Source of the DNA: Eledone cirrhosa
Taxonomy: Eukaryota
DNA length: 64,000 bases
Reading direction: 5' to 3'
Assembly (NCBI GenBank): GCA_964016885.1
Contig: OZ024740.1
Location: forward strand, 198,214,001-198,278,000
The notes under the pieces are model-generated. The model saw only the letters and a list, made by a program, of their open reading frames with translations, had not been told where the DNA came from and ran no database searches. Positions 14,201 to 24,414 of the stretch are shown piece after piece (the stretch's first letter is position 1; every line of letters begins with the position of its first letter). A program made the translations under genes and the position numbers.

Positions 14201-14869
14201 CTAGGATCTGTGGAGAGAGAGAGAGGAGACTGTGGCCCACATTGTATCCGAGTGTAAACACCTAGCCCAGATTCACTATAAGAGCTGGAGACATGATGTG
14301 AGGGGCAGGGTGATCCACTGGTACCTATGCAAAGTAAACAATTTACCACATTCTGAAAAGTGGTATGAGCATAAGCCAGAGTCGGTGATAGAAAACGATC
14401 AATTGAAGGTGTTGTGGGATTTTAGGATACAGATGGACAAGAAACTGGAACACAATAGACTCGACCTGGTGGTTGTGGGCAAAGAAAAAAGATCGTGCCT
14501 GATTGTGGATGTGGCCTGCCCATTCGACACGAGAGTGCAAGAGAAGGAGAGGGAGAAAATTAACCGATACCAGGACTTAAAGTGGGAGGTAAAAAGGATT
14601 TGGAACTGCCATTAAGTCAAAGTGGTCCCCATTGTCATAGGCGCACTAGGTACAATCTCAAAAAGCTTCCAGGGATGGTGAAAGAAAATTGGCCCCTTCA
14701 CGCTTTTTGGAACGCTTCAAAAGGCATGCTTGCTGGGAACAGCAAGAACCCTCCGATACGTTCTGAATATCTGAGGCTGCAGGTAGTGGCTTGATATTCA
14801 TTTCAACAAACTTTCCAATTAACTAACATCAATGACTGAAACTCAAAGAATAATAATAATAATAATAAC

Positions 14870-14880
<11 letters not shown>
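11260..14880 (+). mobile_element. R4/Dong-type non-LTR retrotransposon (RT + RLE endonuclease), copy 1, pseudogenised
   Basis: N-terminal WTKELNRTVMQCY, KSPGPDG, YRPITCL, GIFQGDSLSPLLF, LFMDDLKL, YKYLG, GGRGL, HIVSEC, RHD, DLVV..IVDVACPFD..EKINRYQDL. (AAT)n tail; several stops and frameshifts. Confidence 0.92.
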
Positions 14881-14904
<24 letters not shown>

Positions 14905-14905
14905 A

Positions 14906-15503
14906 TAACTATAAAGGCTGGAGACATGATGTGATGAGCAGGGTGAACCACTGGCACCTATGCAAATTAAACAATTTACCACATTCTGAGAAGTGGTATG
15001 AACATAAGCCAGAGTCGGTGATAGAAAACGATCAGGTGAAGGTGCTGTGAGATTTTAGGATACAGACGGACTAGAAACTGGAACACAATAGACCTGACCT
15101 GGTGGTTTTGGATAAGGAAAGAAGATCGTGCCTCATTGTGGATGTAGTCTGTCCATTCGACACGAGAGTGCCAGAGAAGGAGAGGGAGAAAATTAACCGA
15201 TACCAGTACTTAAAGTGGGAGGTTAAAAGGATTAGGAACTGCCATGAAGTCAAAGTGTGATAGGCGCACTAGGTACTATCTCAAAAAGTTTCCAGGGATG
15301 ATTAAAGTAAATTGGCCTCGCCCCGCTTTTTGGAACACTTCAAAAGGCATGCTTGCTGGGAACAGCAAAAACCCTCCGATACGTCCTGAATATCTGAGGC
15401 TGCAGGTAGTGGCTTGATATTCATTTCAACAAACTTTCCGGTTAACTAACATCAATGAATGAGACTCAAAGAACAATAATAATAATAATGATAATAATAA
15501 TAT
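14906..15503 (+). mobile_element. R4/Dong-type LINE, 5'-truncated 3' fragment (RLE region + 3' UTR)
   Basis: Homologous to 14277-14850. Inserted in the (AAT)n/(ATT)n tail of copy 1 and ends in (AAT)n. Confidence 0.9.
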
Positions 15504-16061
15504 TATGGAATCGTTCCCGTAAGGTTTTGATTTTTTTACATATTTAAAACAATTGTGATAGAATAGTTCTTATTACAAATGGAACGTAAGATATCAATCT
15601 TAACTCTCAGGAAGTGGCAACGCATCACATTACGGCATAGGGCTCCAATATTTAATATTTAATTTAATATTTAATTTTGTACCAGAAATTTTATAGTCAG
15701 AAAAGAAAATGGCTAGAAAACAACAGCCAAATAACTTCACCACCAGCACCACCACCACCGCCGCCACCATCACCATCACCACTACCACAAAAATCAGCAC
15801 CATCTCTATAGTATTGCTGTCCCATCACCACCGCCACCACTGCATCATCGCTACCGCCACTATTCCCTCACTAATTAAGAGAGGGGTGGTGGTGCCTCTA
15901 CACATGAAAAGAAGCGAAGGTATCAAAAGATATAAAAAGACTGGGTTAGTGACTTGGTCAAACAGCTAACAACACCAAAATAATTATGTTGTTGTATCTC
16001 TAAACTCTCTCAAAATGTTTAGTTTAAACGAGGTCAAATCTAAACTATAATATAATAATAA

Positions 16062-16150
16062 TAATTGCTTCTGCTTTTGGCACGGGGCCAGCAATTATCC
16101 CGGTGTGTTGCAGGTGCTTTATGGGGACGGCCCCGTAGGGATGAAAGGGA
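16062..16150 (-). mobile_element. SINE family A, degenerate 3' fragment
   Basis: ttctgcttttggcacggggccagcaattatccc..ccccgtagggatgaaagg. Confidence 0.7.
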
Positions 16151-16374
16151 AAGAATTATAGAAAAAATGATAGTCGAAAAATTATAGAACAGAACACAGA
16201 CAGAAGCAAACGCAACAACAAACACAAATTTCAAAAGTTTTGAACACAACAACCCCTACTTCTTTTAGCAGCAACAGCAACAACAACACTAGTAACCGAT
16301 GTTACTGGCCTTGTAAAACTAAAAACGCAAAGGAGAAAAAGAGAAAAAAAAAACGAAAAAAAAAACAAAAAAAA

Positions 16375-19300
16375 ACAGACATTCAAACATTACAATGAGA
16401 CATTCAAAAAGTCAGACATTCAATCATTACAACGAAACGTATGTTTATTTTGGTTTTATTAGGTTTTTATCTATTTGTTTGTTTGTTTATTTATGTTCGT
16501 CTACAGCGTGATGGTGCAACGCTAAAATCACCGGGGGTGATGAAATCACCGGTAGTTATGTAACCATGCATTCACCAATCCTCGATATGTGTGCTTAAAT
16601 GTCGAACCTAAACAATTCGAATAACGGTGAAGTGGAGACTGGAATGTCATGTGACAGGCTCTCACCCAGCGGGTGCTCTCTGGCCCAGCAGCAGGGACCT
16701 GGCTGTCATCCAAATACTGCTGGTGTTGGCGGAAGAAGAAGTAGGAAAGGGACCAGAACCAACTGGACGAAAGAATTGAATAGAACTGTTATGCAAGGTT
16801 ATCTGCAGAGTAACCTCGTGGGAAAAGGCTATAGGAAACGGATGCATAACATCTGGAACGATATTGGTTTATTTAAATTAGATGAACAAAAATTGGCCGG
16901 CAAGGCTCGGGTAATAAGAACTAATGGGTGGATAAGCGAGCTGGAACTGGAGGAACTGAGCAGAGAGATTAGCTTGGAAATGGAGAGTGGAATATGCCAG
17001 GCAAACGAGCCAGTGGGAAATGAAGGTGAAGAGGTTGAGAGAACGGAGGAACCATCCGAAGCAGACAATGATCTGAATGCTGAAATAAATTATACCTGGA
17101 ACAAAGATATGGCCATTGAGGAGATGAATGCCGACGGGGTAGCACAAGATTTGGTTGATATCCTAAACTTAGTGGTAGATGAATTGAACAATGATAGTGG
17201 GAAACCTATGAACCTAAGATCTGTAGACAGGAAAAAGTTAAAAGAAACAACAGCTAAGGTAAACAAAGTCATCCCATACCTGGAGGCGAGGAACCTTCAC
17301 CAGTGCAACAATATCCTCAAAGCAACAGCAAATGCGGTGAGGAAATTACTTGGCATAAAAGCGAGAGGAAACAACAAAGAAGAAAGATCAGAACCTTAGT
17401 GGAAGAAACGACTGAATGGTCAAATCAGGGAAATGAGAAATGACATTGGCAAGCTTGAGTTCCTACTGAATGGGACACTACAAAACATAGACACTATATA
17501 TAGACTGGAAATAAAGTACAAAACTACGAGGCAAAACTAAATATTATCATAGAGGAACTGAAGCAACGCATTGTAGCAAAGAGTGTAAAGATTAGGCGAT
17601 ACGAGAGCAGAGTCAGTCAGTATAGACAGAACCGCATGTTTGACAACAACCAGAAGATGTTGTTTGGACAGCTTGAAGGGAAAGAAAGAGGCAACGACTT
17701 GATACTTGAGGCGGAACAAACTAAGACATTCTGGAGAGGAATATGGGAGCAGGATGTTAAACATAATGATAAGGCAGTGTGGATTGAGACAGTACAAAAG
17801 GAGATTAGTGAACAGGCACACCAACAAACTGATTTGAGTATCACAGTTGAAACTCTTAAAGGGCAGGCCAGAAAACTATCCAACTGGAAATCACCAGGCC
17901 CAGATGGTGTGCAGGGGTATTGGATTAAATATATAAGATCCCTCCACCCGAAACTGACAACCATGTTCAATGACTGCTTGATGTCCGGTGAGATACCATA
18001 GTGGTTGACAAAAGGTACCACAGTTCTGATAATGAAAGACCGAATCAAGGGTAATGATGTTACCATCTATAGACCTATCACATGTCTGTCCGTAATGTGG
18101 AAACTGTTGACAAGCATTGTGTCTGAGGAAATCTACCATCACCTCTACATAAACAACTTGTTACCGGACGAACAGAAAGGATGCCGAAAGAAGTCACGTG
18201 GTACAAAGGACCAGTGACTTGATAAGATGGTAATGAGGAATTGCAAGAGGAGACACACTGGTCTTGCCATGGGATGGATAGACTACAAAAAGGCATTTAA
18301 CATGGTGCCTCATTCTTGGATCACCAACAGCCTGGAGATCTTCAAGGTGGCAGATAACATCAGACAGTTGTTGGGCAAAAGTATGAAGTCCTGGGAAACA
18401 GAGTTAACATCAACTGGAGAATCCTTGGGAAGCGTGAAGATCAAGAGAGGTATCTTCCAGGGAGATAGTCTGTCCCCTCTGTTGTTTGTCCTTGCCCTGA
18501 TGCCCCTGACCAGTGTACTGCGAAAAGTGAGAGCAGGATACAGGTTTGGAAAGGGAGGGCTTACCATCAATCACCTCCTCTTCATGGACGATCTTAAGCT
18601 CTTCAGGAAGAGTGAGGAGTTGAATGTGCTTGTTGACACTGTCCGTATTTTCAGCAATGATATATGTATGCAATTTGGTATTAGTAAGTGTGGAGTCATT
18701 GTGATGAGGAGGGGTAAGTTGAGCATAAATAACGGAATCCAGATACCAACAGGTGAGATGATAAAGAAAATTGACTCTGAGGAAGGATACAAGTATTTGG
18801 CGTTCTGGAGGCTGATGACATCAAGAACAAAAAAATGAAGGAATTGATAAGAACTGAATACCTTCGGAGAGTAAGGAGCGTATTAAAGTCACATCTGAAC
18901 AGTAGGAATGCCATAAGTGCAGTAAATTCCCGAGCTGTGTCTATTATTAGGTAAAGTGCGTGAATTCTGAGATGGAATGTTGCTGAACAAAAAGAAATGG
19001 ATAGGAAGACTAGGAAGCTATTGACTATCTACAATATGTTCCACAAGAGTAGTGATGTCGATAGACTCTACTTAAGGAGATCTGAAGGTGGAAGAGGTCT
19101 TATCAGCATAGAGGACTGTGTTCAGATGGAGAAAAACAACCTACACGAATACGTGACTGATAGTAAGGAGCCAATGCTCAGAACTGTACTGAAGGAGGGG
19201 ACAATAGCCCAGGGGATGTCCAAGGAGGAAATAACATCAAAGAGAAAGAGCAGCCTTCAGGAAAAATCCCTTCATAGTACCTTCTTTGAGAAAACTGAAT

Positions 19301-19971
19301 TTAGAGATCCACAGACATGGAACTGGTTGAAAAGAGGAGACCTTAAAATGGCTACAGAAGGAATGTTAATGGCTGCGCAGGAGCAGGCCCTCAAAACGAA
19401 GTGGTTGAAACACCACATTTACAAGGAGGAGGCTAGCCCACTGTGCAGGATCTGTCGAGAGAGAGAGAGGAGACTGTGGCTCACATTGTATCCGACTGTA
19501 AACACCTAGCCCAGACTCACTATAAGGGCTGGACACATGATTTGATGGGCAGGGTGATCCACTGGTACCTATGCAAAGTAAACAATTTACCACATTCTGA
19601 GAAGTGGCATGAGCATAAGCCAGAGGCGGTGATAGAAAACGTTCAGGTGAAGGTGCTGTGGGATTTTAGGATACAGACGGACAAGAAACTGGAACACAAT
19701 AGACCTGACCTGGTGGTTTTGGACAAAGAAAAAAGATCGTGCCTGATTGTGGATGTGGCCTGCCCATTCGACACGAGAGTGCAAGAGAAGGAGAAGGGAG
19801 AAAATTAACCGATACCAGGACTTAAAGTGGGAGGTAAAAAGGATTTGGAACTGCCATCAAGTCAAAGTGATCCCGATTGTCATAGGCGCACTAGGGACCT
19901 TCTAAAAAAGTTTCCAGTTAAATAACATCAATAACTGAGACTCAAAGAGTAATAACAATAATAATAATAAT

Positions 19972-19976
<5 letters not shown>
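16375..19976 (+). mobile_element. R4/Dong-type non-LTR retrotransposon, copy 2, pseudogenised
   Basis: Same motifs as copy 1 (WIDYKKAF, QGDSLSP, FMDD, CRIC..HIVSDC, NRPDLVV..VDVACPFD). Retains ~110 bp deleted in copy 1; (AAT)n tail. Confidence 0.92.
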
Positions 19977-20032
<56 letters not shown>

Positions 20033-20083
20033 TAAGTTTACTCCGGGTTCAGTTATAAGTATTTATTATATATATATATATAT

Positions 20084-20903
20084 ATATTCATTAGTTAAGC
20101 AAAACAAGACCACAAATTTCACAAGGAAGACATGATTAAAATATTGTCAACATATTTAGTTTGATGTAAGGAATATAGAGAATAATAATAATAATAATAA
20201 TATTAATAGTAATAATGCCCGTTTACAATTGTTTCGCTACTCCGTATAATATTTCTGGATCAGATGACTATGTGTCATAATTGATCTGGTTCAGTTGACA
20301 ATAATTAACATATTTAAAAAACAGAGTGGCTCATCGGAACTCAAAGGAATATAAATTAAAATAATGTTACATAATATAATGTTCCATATATTAGTTTTTA
20401 CTATACTGCCTTTGTTTCATCAGCTGTCAGCCATAATCAAGCAGTACTCATCTGTCGAGGCTGTATTGTGTGAGATCTGCCTATGGGTAACATGATGGCT
20501 GCCAAACGGCATATTTACCTTACTAATTAGAGGGTGGTTTCAGGGGAAGTAACTTCTCGAGAGATTTGAGATTGTGTGTATTTTATAGTTAAAAACTAAT
20601 ATATGGAACATTATATTATGTAACATTATTTTAATTTATATTCCTTTGAGTTCCGATGAGCCGCTCTGTTTTTTAAATATGTTAATTATTTTCAACTGAA
20701 CCAGATCAATTATGATACATAGTCATCTGATCCAGAAATATTATACGGAGTAGCGAAACAATTGTAAACAGGCATTATTATTATTAATATTATTATTATT
20801 ATTATTCTCTACATACCTTACATCAAACTAAATATGTTGACAATCTTTTAATAATGTCTTCCTTGTGAAATTTGTGGTTTTGTTTTGCTTAACTAATGAA
20901 TAT
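20084..20903. repeat. Inverted repeat, ~320-bp arms (20084-20405 / 20584-20903), ~180-bp spacer; PLE pseudo-LTR-like
   Basis: Arms match with scattered substitutions. A third partial copy lies at ~35415-35590. Each arm holds an HHR-like motif. Confidence 0.9.
20650..20769 (+). ncRNA. Hammerhead-like motif with enlarged stem II (mirror copy 20221-20340 on -)
   Basis: gtt-CCGATGA-gccgctctgt..75 nt..acggagtagc-GAAA-caattg-TA-aac. Palindromic stem III ACAATTGT; core has U4C. Confidence 0.55.
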
Positions 20904-21078
20904 TTCAAGCTCTGCGCACCTAACCTCTGCATGAACTCAGCCACCTAGCTGCTTTCTACTGCATATTGCACATTGAGTACATGCCTTTACGCTTTGGCTT
21001 CTAACTAACTCACCAATCTTTCCTCTCATATCTCCTCTACTATCTCAATCTCTCTCTTTAAGATTGATTACTCTTGAA

Positions 21079-21178
<100 letters not shown>

Positions 21179-21489
21179 GTGTGTGTGTGTTTGTGTGTAT
21201 GTATAAGTATATGTATATATACTAGAATCATAATTGCGAAGGCCAGACATAGAAATGCATTTGAAATTAGAATCTTCCGTAACATTCGTATTTCAATATA
21301 GATAAGGGGACGGACTGATACGATGATTGTTCTTCCGCATCACTGTCCCCTTAGCTATAGTCGATATTGAAATAGGAATATTGCATAACATCTTTATTAC
21401 CTAACACACACAAACACACACACACGCATATATATGCCTATCTAACTCTATATAGAATACAATATCATTATTAGGATTGGCATTATTAG

Positions 21490-21632
21490 GATTGGCAGCA
21501 TAGTTATGTCCCTTTACGATCTGAGTTCAAATCCCGCCGAGGTTGACTTTGCCTTTCATCCTTACGGGGTCGATAAAATAAAGTACCAGTAATGCACTGG
21601 GTAATTGCTGGCCTTGTGCCTAAGTAGAAACA
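21490..21632 (+). mobile_element. SINE family A, 5'-truncated
   Basis: gcatagttatgtccctttacgatctgagttcaaatcccgccgaggttgac..ggccttgtgcctaagtagaaaca. Confidence 0.88.
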
Positions 21633-21787
21633 ATTATTAATGAAGTCATTGCAAGCTGCAGAAAAGAAGTCTATAGTAAGGTGAATATCATATTTAGAAA
21701 GTAAGATAAAAGGAGATGATTGATGGAAGAAATATGGTAAATAGAAGTGATATATATATATATATAGATTGGAAGTTATTAATATTT

Positions 21788-22101
21788 ATTCAAAATATTA
21801 ACAAAATAGATATTCTTGTGATCAACTATATTTTATTATACATATTTCAGAGGTACTGAGTTAACTTCAACAGTACGTCGTCATCAGATAAAATAAGATG
21901 ATGCATGACATACCCTGACATAGTAGATGGCTAAGATTCAATCAGGAATGAATCTTAGCCATCTACTATGTCAGGGTATGTCATGCATCATCTTATTTTA
22001 TCTGATGACGACGTACTGTTGAAGTTAACTCAGTACCTCTGAAATATGTATAATAAAATATAGTTGATCACAAGAATATCTATTTTGTTAATATTTTGAA
22101 T
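21788..22101. repeat. Near-perfect palindrome of a PLE 3' end (arms 21788-21940 / 21949-22101) with an HHR motif on each strand
   Basis: 153-bp arms, 8-nt spacer. tattttat-CTGATGA-..gtactg..cagtac..-GAAA-tatgta-TA-ataaaata at 21994-22060 (+) and 21829-21895 (-). Confidence 0.9.
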
Positions 22102-22102
22102 T

Positions 22103-22670
<568 letters not shown>

Positions 22671-23533
22671 AACAATTAAGTTAAGAATGTACATCCACAT
22701 ATGTATACTGAAATACTAGTATGCATATGAATACACACACGTGTACATATGTAGATGTACCGAGTTTTTCACTGGACACTTTACTGTGAGTGTCCAGCTA
22801 TTCTGTATGTAAACACACAGACAAACCGGTTTTTAGAGTCATACTGGTTTTCGAGGAAACACCTTTCCTCTATTCTCCAGAAAGCCAGACAGGAATATTG
22901 GACTAGTTTCGATGTTGTTACATCTCATCAGCAATATTTACCTATCTTCCGGCCTTTCTAGAGAATCGTAAAAGCACATATCGTTATATGCTTTTTCTAT
23001 GAAAATTAGTAGTGGGCAGACTAATTTGCATAGAGCGTGAGTACGTACGGGTTCAGCGGAGACGATAAAAACAAATAACGAAACGAAATTAAATTTCGTT
23101 TCGTTTGTAACTCACTTTTGTATGACTGACGCTTAAACAATTAAGTTAAGAATGTACATCCACATATGTATACTGAAATACTAGTATGCATATGAATACA
23201 CACACGTGTACATATGTAGATGTACCGAGTTTTTCACTGGACACCTTACTGTGAGTGTCCAGCTATTCTATATGTAAACACACAGACAAACCGGTTTTTA
23301 GAGTCATACTGGTTTTCGAGGAAACACCATTCCTCTATTCTCCAGAAAGCCAGACAGTAAAGTGTCCAGTGAAAAACTCGGTACATCTACATATGTACAC
23401 GTGTGTGTATTCATATGCATATTAGTATTTCAGTATACATATGTGGATGTACATTCTTAACTTAATTGTTTAAGTGTCAGTCATACAAAAGTGAGTTACA
23501 AACGAAACGAAATTTAATTTCGTTTCGTTATTT

Positions 23534-23537
<4 letters not shown>
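22671..23537 (-). mobile_element. Non-coding HHR-bearing element (retrozyme/PLE pseudo-LTR-like): 465-bp unit present ~1.5 times plus an inverted segment
   Basis: 22671-22892 is repeated at 23136-23357; 23355-23537 is an inverted copy of ~23059-23250; flanked by (TA)n. Confidence 0.8.
22894..22938 (-). ncRNA. Minimal type I hammerhead ribozyme, canonical core
   Basis: - strand AAUAUUG-CUGAUGA-GAUGU(AACA)ACAUC-GAAA-CUAG-UC/CAAUAUU: 7-bp stem I, 5-bp stem II with G-C closing pair, palindromic ACUAGU stem III, GUC triplet. Confidence 0.88.
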
Positions 23538-23582
<45 letters not shown>

Positions 23583-23830
23583 TATATATATGTATATATA
23601 TATATATGTATATATATATATGTATATCTATATATCTATATACATATGTGTATATATATATATATGTATATCTATATATCTATATACATATGTATATATA
23701 TATATATGTATATATATATATGTATATATATATATATGTATATATATATATGTATATATATATATATGTATATATATATGTATATATATATATATATATA
23801 TGTATATACATATATATGTTTATATATATG

Positions 23831-23869
<39 letters not shown>

Positions 23870-23885
23870 GTATATATGTATAATA
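23538..23885. repeat. Compound (TA)n microsatellite
   Basis: Directly visible. Confidence 0.95.
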
Positions 23886-24119
23886 TATTTAGAAACACAC
23901 AGATACATGCGGACACACACATATACATGAATGCATCCACACCCAACCGTGTGTTAATGGTGCCAACCTTACCGATGTTGCTCAATGAATGACTGGGACA
24001 GACCAATCCGGTTGAACTAGACTGAACCAGTATCAGAGTTAAAAATACATTATGAAGAGAGAAGGAACATTTAGATATAATTAGTAATAAAATGTATCAT
24101 ACCTAAACTGCTCCTAGAT

Positions 24120-24203
24120 TCCTCGACTACGTAGTTTCGTGGCATAAACAATACATCATAAAGATATAGAGTCCTTGCGAGGTCTGCCGATTTATCAAGA
24201 GGA
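24120..24203 (-). ncRNA. Hammerhead-like motif with U3-A8 core variant
   Basis: - strand UCCUC-UUGAUAA-auc ggca..ugcc ac-GAAA-CUACGUAG-UC/GAGGA. Palindromic stem III; base of stem II imperfect. Confidence 0.55.
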
Positions 24204-24414
24204 TACCTCATTTTACTAGCTTCAAGAACGCGTCTACACGACATGAGAAAGAATCCCAAAGGGCGGAGGGGGAGATAGTCACGCGATATAACGGTCGAGA
24301 AACAGAGCTAAGCCTCTTATAACCCCGAAGAAAATACCACGGAGGCGGAGGGGTATTTATATCGAAGCCGTAGAAGAGGTGGTGAAGGGGGAGAGTAGTA
24401 TGAGTAATGGCAGC

